NCBI GenBank assembly: GCA_040954595.2
Contig: CM082595.2
Coordinates: 3,147,943 to 3,211,942 of the forward strand
Direction: 5' to 3'
Origin: Balanoglossus misakiensis
Taxonomy: Eukaryota; Animalia; Hemichordata
Length of the DNA: 64,000 nt
A model generated the notes under the pieces. The model was given only the letters and a program-made list of their open reading frames with translations. It did no database searches and had not been told where the DNA came from. A program made the position numbers and the translations under genes. The stretch's first letter is position 1. Each line of letters starts with the position of its first letter. Positions 1 to 10,900 of the stretch are shown piece after piece.

Positions 1-208
1 ATTTTCATGAGCCATAACCCATGAAAAATGTCCCAGAATGACAAAATCACCAAAGTTGGCAAAGTCAAGAATTTGCCATTTTTGACAATTTTCATGAGCT
101 ATAACCCATGATAGATGTCCCAAAATGACAAAATCACCAAAGTTGATCAAGAATTTGCCATTTTTCATGAGCTTATAAACCCATGAAAAATGTCTCCAAA
201 GTTGCCAA
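1..208. repeat. Degenerate tandem repeat, ~80-85 bp unit, ~2.5 copies (truncated by window edge)
   Basis: ttttcatgagc..taacccatga..atgtcc and atgacaaaatcaccaaagttg..tcaagaatttgccattttt recur at ~1, ~88 and ~161. Confidence 0.85.
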
Positions 209-244
209 AAATAAAATAATCAAATTAGTGCTTGAAATCTCACC

Positions 245-373
245 TGAGTACATTCAGTTTCAGTACTGCTAGTTTTCTCTTCCATACACACATTCACCAC
301 TTTTGTAAATGCTCCGTTCTGTGATCTAAGATCCCAACGAGATGTTCCTTGGAATGAGTCGAATGACTCCATC
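245..373 (-). CDS. Probable first coding exon of an unidentified gene continuing beyond the left edge (MESFDSFQGTSRWDLRSQNGAFTKVVNVCMEEKTSSTETECTQ)
   Basis: Acceptor ttttccag just upstream of the ATG at 373; donor CAG|gtga at 244; possible upstream non-coding exon donor AAG|gtatag near 646. Product not recognised. Confidence 0.45.
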
Positions 374-1732
374 GCCGAACTCTGGAAAATGACAGAAAAA
401 AATTTCTCTGTTATCATTGAAAAACCTCAATTCAACAGGAAAAAGAAACTTAAAATGTAAATCTTAAGATTTACATTGTATTTTAAGTTACTTTACTGAT
501 TTCATTAACAACTGCTCACGACGGTTTTGACCAGGAAAACAGGGAATCGAACACACGGCAGATATACAGTGTATAATCTAACACAATACGCAGCCACACC
601 CCCCCCCCTCTCGAACCCGGAAGGTGAATCCAACCGGACGGCTATACCTTAGCTTTGCGCGGTGTCTGTTGCTGTTGGAGGCCTTAAGACGCTTCGTCAT
701 ACCATCAAAACATACATACAAATCAAGCAAATGATAGAATTTAACCGGAGCTTTGGGCAACTAGTGAAACCACATGCACTGTGCTCGTCAACCGGATTTG
801 GCGACGCACATTTCATTATCAACGTGTGGCCACTGTTTGCCTATTTCAAGCAAGTACAGTTTATCGAGGCTTACTTTAGAAGGAATGAAGACAATAATCA
901 CCTTTGTTTTCCCGAAACGAATGAAAAACAGCTGAATTTTCCTCAAAATGTTGCAAAACACACCTCCTCGTCAGCACCTGCATGCATGGCTTCCATGACC
1001 TTTGACCTCTTAATTATTCAAGATGGAGGACGTAATGTAATTTGTTGGGTCGGAGCCCTCAACGGCGAAAATGAAATTGCACTTGAAGTCTCACTTGACA
1101 ATTTTGTTGGGTGTAATTTGCTGTTTATCATCAACTATAAAAATAAATGATTATGACCATTATACAGCATACACTTTACCCCAAGGTTCGGCTTGACGTA
1201 AACATGATAATTAATTAATGTCTAAAAGAAAACAAACATGCAAATTTCTGGATCTAATTGTTCTTTCGCAAGTCTTTATTTACACATTGTGTTTTGGGGG
1301 GCTCTCACCAGGTTTGTGAAAATGTCCCGTTTTACAGTACATCATTCTTTTTATACACAATATCGTGGGTGTTACCTAAAATGCCAACAATATACCAGTA
1401 CATTTCTTAATACATTCCCAAGTATCTCCTATTCAAGCTATTAGGTAATTGTGTTCTACATTTGATCTGATGAAAAAATAAATAAAGGCCTTCAATAAAT
1501 ACCATAAAATAGAACAATAAAATATTGCATGTTATTCTTGCATTATATGCAGATTTTATCCGGGTATTTAAATAAACCTTCAAAAAATACTTCTCCAATA
1601 ATAGTTTAACCTGAATACAGACACAATACGGAAATCCTGCTTTAAAATTTTAACCCATAACTTTTTTAGCTTTGGTAAATTTCCCAAATGGGCTATTTTC
1701 AGTTTTTTGCACTTTTTCCCAAATTCCGACAT

Positions 1733-3958
1733 TCAAACCAGTTTTGAACAGGCTTCTTGATATGAAGAGCTATTAAAGTATCCCAAGTTGCTGGTTTTAA
1801 CAAATTCAGTAAAATTTTCATACGGGCACAAGCCATTTTCGATATTTTGGCAAAATCTGACAAATTTAGTAACGTCTTTACCATTGTAAATAACAGCAAT
1901 AAAATACTGCATTGTTCGCTGGTTTTGCCAAAGTTCAAATACTATTCTAGAAGCATATGGAGGCCATACATGGTCTGGTATGTTTAGAGTGTCTATGATT
2001 GGTGAAATGGTGAGGTCATGACCTGAGTAAAGTGCGAATTTTACCCCTTTGCCGTATTTAATGATGTCGTCCATTCCTGCTACGATTCGAGTGAAAAAGG
2101 GGTGAATGTATAACCGAGCATATTTCTGGTGAGGGTGACCCTCTACGTTGGTGACGTTAGCAACTGTGTAAGTGAAATTCACCACTGGCGCGAGGTGCGA
2201 CAGAGTGAGACACTCTTTGGGGCCACAGGGGAATTTCTTGTTGTGACAAATGTACGGCGTGAGGGCGTCTTGTATTTTTGAAATGTAAATTTCTCCAAAA
2301 CTGGTGTCGAGCACGTGCGCGATGTCTTTTGTGTTCTCGACCACTTTTCGGTCCAACTTTTGCATTATGCTGATTTTGTTCTTGTTTAGTCTCCAGTATG
2401 TGCTCAGAGCATCGCACCTGCAGTTCTTGTCGCAAAAATTCAGCAAATTTGAGCCCTTCACTTCGAATTTGTCGAAACTGAACTTTGGCAGGAAAGAATA
2501 CAGGAGGGCCAATCCACTTTGTAGAGTCCGGGAATAATACGTTGTCTCGACAGAAATTTCTTCTTCTGTCCAGTTGTCGGTAAGCAGTTGATGTCGTTCG
2601 ACGTATCTCTTATGAAGGTGACTCCCTTGCACCAAATGCTGCAGCGCCCCCAGTGGTGTTAGCTCAGACTGGCCACACGTTTTTCTATTGGGCAAATACT
2701 GCATACGCTTCATTTGGTCTGGTGCTCTCAACATATTCTTGTTCCCTTTCATGTACCTCACATACCCAGCCACTCCAGGGTGCATTCCAAGCACGTTTTT
2801 ATGAAAAATGCAACTCCACTTGTTTCGCAAGGTTGGCAGCGATTTCATCGACGTTCGGTCGCCATGGCGAATGGCGACTGCGACATGAATCAGACGGTGG
2901 TAGGCTCTCACTTGACCTGAAAAAAAGGATGAAAGTGACATTCTTACAACTAATCCCACTATGGCAAAAACATTTCAATTAAAATTCAATAAACAGAATT
3001 ATCACGTTGACAGATTTTTCGAAATAAGACAGTACTGATCTCGGCCACATCGTACAGGTTGGTATAGGAATGTCGAATCTGATATCAGATTTAATCATCA
3101 TCATGTTTTACCTTCCATTCCTTGGTTTATGTCTGCGGGTGGATTACAATATTTCACAAGATTTTTGTAAACATCAGCATTGCTCTTTGGAGTTGATGGA
3201 AGGTTGTTAAGTCTGTCTGCGAAAAAAGGGACAATCCATTAGGTGCAATAAGAACAGATCAATTAACTTACAGTTAAAGCTCCATTAGCTGTAACTTTTT
3301 AATGCGTTTTCAGTAGTTTTGTAAATTGTTTCTACTGCAGTCTTGTTCAAATTCTTGAAACACGATGAAGTGCCCAGCGTTTAGCTTATCAACATAAAAG
3401 CAACATGTATGTATATAGTCAACATTGTTATTGGTGCAAAATGTGAGCTCAAGTCTTTCTTCTTGCACTAACAAACACAGAACAGATTTTCAGGCGACTT
3501 CTGTGAAATGGCCCTTCTTTGATACATACCATTACCTGATGAAATTGATTTGTTGATGTTTTCTGGCAGCGATGGATCAAAATGGCTGTCAACTTTCTTG
3601 TACAAATCCGATGGTGATCTCTTGTCTTTCCTTCCAATCAACCACAAAGCTGTAATGCAAAATGTGTGTTGTTGTATTATTACTCTTTCAGTCAACTAGA
3701 TATTTTGCATTCTCCACAAACTCACCAATAGTTGTACTTTTTGTATGGAGACTAGTGTTTTCTCGAACAGACAGTGGCAGTTCTTGGGGCTTCAACAATA
3801 CATTAAACTGTATTCGTTGTCAGATAAAAAAATGAGAAAAATTACGAGACAAATTTACAGCTATCATACTTACAGTGTATAACCATCACAATGGCGATCA
3901 CTGCAATAACAGCGATTGTATATCGCCTCCATAGACGTGATATTGTGTTCTGCATCAT
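1733..3958 (-). CDS. PXYLP1: 2-phosphoxylose phosphatase 1 (ACPL2), Golgi type II histidine acid phosphatase; coding exons 3958-3874, 3216-3112, 2916-1733
   Basis: Signal-anchor MMQNTISRLWRRYTIAVIAVIAIVMVIH; exon 2 YCNPP..MEG; catalytic RHGDRT and GHD motifs; GQSELTPLGALQHL and WPPYASRIVFELW; phase-1 GT-AG introns join in frame. Confidence 0.9.
3275..3870 (+). mobile_element. Dispersed repeat, probable non-autonomous TTAA-flanked (Kolobok-like) DNA element filling PXYLP1 coding intron 1
   Basis: ttaaagctccattagctgtaactt...cttgttcaaatt..tgaaaca..gat at 3275-3435 is shared with 43204-43350; degenerate inverted end ttacagcta at ~3855. Superfamily call is inference from TTAA|AG terminus. Confidence 0.55.
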
Positions 3959-4123
3959 TCTGTCTGCACTATCAAACTGGACTATACCACTCCTGTTGAA
4001 ACATTCAAATATAAGATCTTTTAATATGTCATCAGATACTTGGATGTAACTAATATGCTGGTCAAAGTTTTCTGAAAAATAGACCCCTCCCCCTGAAAAG
4101 AATTCACAGTTTTACTTTCACGA

Positions 4124-4987
4124 GGCTAGTTATACTTTGCGAAACAACGAAACAGCGAAACGACGAAACCATTATTAAAATAGGGGCCAGTCATCAAGAC
4201 GGTGGCGTATGATTTTTTTTAAAGTTTCCAAATTAAAACGTAAGCGAGCCAAGAAAACTACAGGTCAGATAAATTGTTTTCTCGAAAATTCAACATTAGA
4301 ATCAAATTTGGCGTTGGAAACAAACGGCGGGTCGCCAGTTCCTGGTCTGCGGCCTGGTACTATGTAGTGGTAGAGTCGACGTCGTGTGCGCGCAAACGAT
4401 TCATGCCAAACTGCTACATACACACAGTGAATATACGCGCGCGCACAACGAAACCACAAAAGATCGAAACCTCAAAATGCGGCAGCAACTGACACTATTT
4501 CCTTAAATACCACAAGGCGGGGAGGCATGAATTGCAATTACTAGTAAGATAATAAAGAAATTTCGACAATGATACTGTGTTGTGTGAGTTACATGTGTTT
4601 CTATATATAACTACTACTCTTACCCCCCATCAGTGTTTGACCCTCGAAAGCTTACGGACACTACTGCTTTGTTTCAACTAATCCTTAGCCCTGTGAATAT
4701 ACTCGTACATTGACCTTTTGGGGTGGGATTCTTTTTTGGCGCGCAACCACTAGTACCAGGCCCCGTTTGTTTCCAACGCCAAATTAGATTCTAATGTTGA
4801 ATTTCCGAGAAAACAATTTATCTGACCTGTAGTTTTCTTGGCTGGCTTACGTTTTAATTTGGAAACTTTTAAAAAAATCATACGCCACCGTCTTGATGAC
4901 TGGCCCCTATTTTAATAATGGTTTCGTCGTTTCGCTGTTTCGTTTCGCTGTTTCGCTGTTTCGTTGTTTCGCAAAGTATAACTAGCC
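4124..4987. mobile_element. 864-bp non-autonomous DNA transposon with ~200-bp terminal inverted repeats and 8-bp TSD
   Basis: Left arm ggctagttatactttgcgaaac...ttggaaacaaacgg (4124-~4327) is the reverse complement of ~4763-4987; identical TSD tttcacga at 4116-4123 and 4988-4995; no transposase ORF. Confidence 0.93.
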
Positions 4988-6077
4988 TTTCACGAAGTGT
5001 AGATATCTCACAATATCTCAGAGTTGGCAGGCAACAAGGGGGTTTCAAGTGATACTTTGACCAAACATCAGATACGTGCTGGTTGGAGCATGTCAAAACA
5101 CAGACCCCTCCAACAACAAAAAATTCATGGTTTTCATTTCATCATGGGTATAGTAAAACAGTATATAATTCTATATTCAATTAATATTTTAAGGAACTAC
5201 ATGTATAATTCATGGGCAAGACCCACCCTAACATGATTGGACACATAGGGGTCGACGGCACCTTTTGTGAAATGGTTTGGTCGGGGTTATTAGGGTCAGA
5301 TCAGACTTGCATCTGTTCCCAGCTGCATTGACCTATGATAATGCATTTGGAAAGCAGGGGTGGGTTCTGCAGGCCTGAATCACACGGTTACTTGCTTAAC
5401 TGCAGACCATGGTTGTCTAGCAACAGGTTTTGCGGGGCGGACACTCCAGAACTCGAACCGGATATTTGCCCAACAACTCAGAGTTAAACTTAGCAAAAAA
5501 TGGTGATGTAAAACACCGAACTCAAAATGTCTGCTCTCAGTAACGGCACATGCTTCTTCTACCTCCATTATGAAACTGACACTATAGTACACATCATGAC
5601 ATGTACATTGCAAGGGGGCGGGGCCAGTTAGTGTACCATATTTTTGGGTCATTCTCTTCCTCCATCATCTCAGAGAGGCACGGCAGCAGACGTATAAAAG
5701 ACATCGAAACTACCAATCTCATATCTACATCAGACAACTCTGTGTACAACTTCCTACAAGGGCCATGAACACACCAGGTCATGACCTAAGTATATAGACA
5801 TGACCTTGAGGGGGTACAACTAGATATGTATCTCACGCGTGCAGCTGTGTAGTTAAAACGTACATTGCTCCCTGTGTGTACGATCCCTAAAATACGTGTA
5901 TATTGATACGTGCACATGAAACAATATTTCCTGTCCATGTTTTCCGATCGACTATGTGTACATGTACATGTAGGGTGTATCACAAGTGTTCGGTACTCGG
6001 CAACATGGACAAAAGATACTGTATCATCGACCAAACGAAATAGTTTCCACAACCAAAGAGTCAAAATTATAACAAAC

Positions 6078-6240
6078 CTTTTGCCTTCGCCGTTCCCATA
6101 ATCTTCTATCTTGGGACCACTGATCACCGCATCATTTTATCGCTGCTTCCGCCGATACCACGGCATGATCTTTTCCGACAATAATTTTTCAACACGAACG
6201 GGGGGAAAAAATTGCCGGTGATCGCAAGATGGCGCTATTC
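6078..6240 (-). promoter_or_regulatory. Probable PXYLP1 promoter and non-coding first exon
   Basis: CpG-rich; donor-like AAAG|gtttgt at ~6077; YY1-like caagatggcg at ~6226-6235; acceptor tttcaacag at ~3993 precedes the ATG exon. Confidence 0.45.
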
Positions 6241-6733
6241 ACAGGCTTCTGGATTACGCGAACGCAGCTGAACGTTGCCTTGTAAAAGAGGCTTGTTTTA
6301 ATAATGTATGAAGGTGCGCTTGACAACACTGAAATTTGCATGGACCCAAACCTAGTGCCTGGCTGAGTAGACTTTAGGAACCATTGCAAGGTTGTGATAA
6401 TTTCTATCCAGTATCACATCCAAATATATATATTATTGATTTTCATCCCGCATTCGACCGGACTCCGGATGACGACAAGGCCAGGACCTGTCTGAGTCTG
6501 GGGCGCAGTAAGCAAAGTAAACAGTGGCCTTGGTTTGTCTGTAATGCGGGCCGCTCTTAACTTCATGAGACATATAAATAAATTTGAGGCTATGCAGATG
6601 TACAAATAACTATCATGTAATCATCATCATCATCATCATTTTCCCCCCACCTTTTTTGAATTTGTTGGAATTTTGTATTTAAGTGAATGTAAATGTTCCT
6701 TTTTAATTTTTGGAATAAAGTTCCATTTAAAAG

Positions 6734-6734
<1 letters not shown>

Positions 6735-6764
<30 letters not shown>

Positions 6765-6767
6765 CAT

Positions 6768-6821
<54 letters not shown>

Positions 6822-6858
6822 CATCATCATGCATTTATGCATGCATGCATGCATGCAT
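6735..6858. repeat. (ATC)n microsatellite followed by (ATGC)n; shorter (ATC)n at 6620-6638
   Basis: Direct inspection; source of spurious poly-M and poly-I ORFs. Confidence 0.97.
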
Positions 6859-7985
6859 GAATCCACTTGGAAAAATTGTCTCTTTCGATTAATTAATGAT
6901 TGCCTGACGAGGTCAACAAAAACAAACTGTTTTTAGAATAACATGCTCACATATTTGAAAATTGAAATTTGTCAAGGCACGCATAGAAATCCCAGGGCAA
7001 GTCGCCAGACGCATTTATCTAAAATTGTAAACAAAAAATCAACCAATAGTTGCAAGCGTTTGCACGTGCGTTGAATTATTGTTAACAGTGCGCATTGCGA
7101 AACGTGTCTACTGCGCATAATATTTACATTTCTTGGGGAAATCGACATGTGGCAATTTATGCGTCTTTCTGCATCGGCTACATTAAATATACTTATTTCT
7201 TTGGATGATTGTTTGTTTGTTATCATTCGTGCTATACACGATTTCAGCACTGGTTAGAGAGCATTTTATTTCGGCAGAAAACGTTACATGATATTTTTTT
7301 TACCAAATGACGCATCAGCGTGACATGCGCGTGGTCTGAAGTTGTCGGAAAGTTGCGAAGGATTTCTACGTTGAATTAATTTATTATCAGAATATCTATT
7401 GGTCGCAGGGGCCTGAATTAGATAACACACCACGACACAGTATTTAATTGGGTCACTGAACGGGATATCACCTACAAACGGGCTCGGTGACGACAATATT
7501 CGCGACAATAATCTTGTGTTTACAAATATTGGTGTCGACCAGGTCAACAAACCATTATTATTCATATAAATGAACAGCGCGGAAAGAAATCACGCGCGCT
7601 CGACGCTCATACGTGCCTTTGGTACATGAGCTGGTGACGAGCTCGGTGATTGGTGTAGGTTTTTGTCAAATTATCATATTCTCACAGAGGACCAATGAAA
7701 TCGGACAATTTTATGCAAATATCACCAGGGACGTCATTCTGGCCTTGAGTCAGCGATACAGTCCCACTATGTTCACGTGAACCAATCGTGAATGAATCAT
7801 GCAGAAGAGACTTTCGCAGGTCAAGGGTTATACAGTGACCTATCAGTGTAGCGCTTACTGATGTCACATGACAATGTTTTGCGTGGTTTCTAAATGTGTA
7901 GTGGCTGGGCAGTTACAGTGTGAAATGTCTACGTAGAAGACGAGACAACCGAAACGCTCACCAAAATCGCAAGAATTGTTATATT

Positions 7986-10900
7986 ATGTCGCGACAAAAT
8001 GTTCATATTCATCTCATTGCAGGAGGGTAGGTAGATTATTACTCATATATGTAAAAGAAATGATGTAACCCCCGCGATGAGCGAAAAACGTCCGTACATA
8101 TTGTGTTTACTGTACTGCGTGTGTGTACATCCCCAAAATGTTGTCGTTAGGAATGCATGCGAATGCTTACCACGTTTTTGACTATTAAAGTTCGTGAAAT
8201 CGGGATCAATAAGACGGATCTTTGTTGTCCGATCTCACACTAGATAGGTCTCTCGCGAGTCTGGTATGCCCATAAGGTCAATTCGTGTTAAGACGAAAGA
8301 CCTGCAGGGTTCTACTGCGATTCGCGAACGGAAATGCCTCGCTTGTGTAGTCACTCCCTACATGCATGCATGGCTTTCAACTTTGTGATATATTTAGACT
8401 GCGGATCTGTAGGTCTACCACTCCTTTGGTTGTATGTGTGAACATGTAAACATTACTGGGGCCACAGTTAGTCTTTTAGATACATTTAACGCATTATAGC
8501 CTCAGTATTTTAGCCTACGATTGCGCCTGGGAATGCCCTGTGCAAAGTTGATTATGAAAGACCATGACGGGGTCAACTGAGCTGGCGGGAAACGGCCCTT
8601 GTCTTGTTTCATTTCGCCCGATCTTTTAGATACACTGTTAGTTACAGACACCATCTAACTTGTCATCATAGGTGTGAAGTGTTGTTTTAAGATTAGGTAA
8701 TGTCCATTGTATTGTGCTAATTACATTTACTGGTCTGCAGGTGTTAATTGCAATACAGTTGTTGATTGCACATACATCACATGGAGTTAGTATGTTACAT
8801 GATATCAGACATAGGGTTGCCATATTGGGTCACAAGAACATAGAGTTACCACACGTGTTGTAGCTCCATAATTTCAGCTGGAACATCATACCAGTCTTGT
8901 CCTTAATTACAGACAGCAAATACTTCGAGTGACTGACCACCTTAGATACCCAGATCGCACCCGGTTCGCCATGATCAAGGTCTAACTGGTTTGGCACTGA
9001 CCTGAAAGGACCTTGAAAAAGTTCAGGTCCACATGTCCCCATTTTATCCCGACGTTTCACCTAAAGTTGAACCCTTTCCTACTCTTGGCATATCTAAATA
9101 TAAGATGGACCAGACCCGTCATTGACAGCTACAGTTCTAAAACTAGCATTTCAAATTTTGACGTGTGGTTTTGGAGTGACTGATGAATGCATGTGTTGTG
9201 AACTTGGCAGTGGATCTTATCTAGACTACCACTACCAGAAGGCAAGTTCATGGTTGCTTAGTTCCCGTCAAAGTCTTACTCTAGTCCACCGCAAACGTCT
9301 TCCAGAGATGAGTGGAAAATCCCCAGCTGGTGTAAGGTCTTGATGTCAATCACGATTGAATACTCTTCATACCAGTCATAGAAGTATTTTCCGATCTCGT
9401 CACGTACATCGTTTCTTAACCTACTTACATGTTACACCGACTCTGATCAGAATATTGAACATGTCGTCTTTGTGTGTTTTCTATTTACAGAATCGCTGGC
9501 ACAACAGGGGCTATTATAACTTGTCCGTTGGAAGTCTTGAAAACACGCCTACAGTCTTCCACTGCCACATTCCATCGTCCTGTCTACCTTCCATCTCTGA
9601 ACTCCACCGGAAACATAGCGCAGCTATGTACTTGTACGAATCCAAGGCCCGCAAATATGGGTATTTTTACGTGTCTCAGGTAAATAACTGAAATATTTTG
9701 TGATACAAAGAATGATATAGGCATGTACGAGAACAGATATGTAAGAAATGACTAGCATTCTATTATTAGCAACAAAAATGTATTAACTGAAGATGACTGT
9801 ATTGTATTAATGGCCGCGGGGTATTTTTAATGTTGCACTGTATGTGAACTTTTGCTCTGTTTACATGTTGATAAATACCGCAGCAGTACTTTGCATGTGG
9901 TATCTTGTATATATGTCAACACTTGGTGAATTCATAAATCACTTTCTTGTATCGCTTACTTAATATTACTTTGATTTTATTGCAGACACATTATAGATAC
10001 TGAAGGCCCTGGTGCTTTGTTCAAAGGGCTCGGACCCAATTTAATCGGTGTTGCCCCGTCAAGAGCGATCTACTTCTGTGCATACGACACAGCCAAAAAG
10101 TTTTTCAATGGCAGACTAACGCCTGAGTCGAAGAAGGTCCATGTGTTTTCCGCCATGTGTGCTGGTAAGTGTCTAAGTGTACTGGGAGGGGGGGGGGGGG
10201 GGTTAACCCTTTCATCACCATGGTTTGGTCCAAACCTATTGTTTTCTATGGTAGAGTTGGGCCTCTATGGTGGTGAAAGGGTTAATTAATATTTGAGGAT
10301 GAGAAATCATGGAAAATTTGTTGATTGAAATACGGACATGTTCACTATATACTAGGTTGATCAATGTGTTTGTGGTCGATTTGTCAGCGTTACTATGTTC
10401 AGGATTTCTATCTTTGAATTTGTATCGCTTATTTTTGCCATTGCACTTGAATTAGGGTCAAGGCCAGTCCTTTTGTTAAATGACTATAAATAATGCCAAG
10501 GAATGGCTATTTTATGCTGTGACAGCAGATTAGGTGTCATGGGGTCACACACTTGAAGCGTAAAATCTCAATCAAGAAATTAAGCTGTAAAAAGTACAAC
10601 GAGTTCGTCTTATTTTGTTCTATGAAACCTTTAATTGTGAGATCAGCTTATTCAACAACATTGGAATTTAGGGTAATCAACCATTGGTGGTGTCGCATGC
10701 ATTTGAATTCACGATCGTGTGTGTCTGAGTACTTTAAGCAATTCGAGGTCATAGTCTACATACAGTGATCTAAATAACAATCTTGTGATCAGTTGGCTGT
10801 GCATATTGATTGTTCGAAGGAATTACTTTCACTGTTATGGCTCATCAGGTTGTAATGGGCGAGGAGTAGATATTCAAAAAGCATTGACATTTCGTTATCA

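Noticed and set aside
1-208. Repeat array as a possible CRISPR
   Set aside because: Eukaryotic context, tandem units without unique spacers, no cas genes
535-625. B-box-like GTTCGATTCCC on the - strand suggesting a tRNA or SINE
   Set aside because: No cloverleaf and no convincing A-box at proper spacing
662-1150. 162-aa ORF on +
   Set aside because: Non-ATG start, no recognisable domain, overlaps the probable promoter of a minus-strand gene
6636-6936. Poly-Met and poly-Ile ORFs
   Set aside because: Translation of the (ATC)n microsatellite
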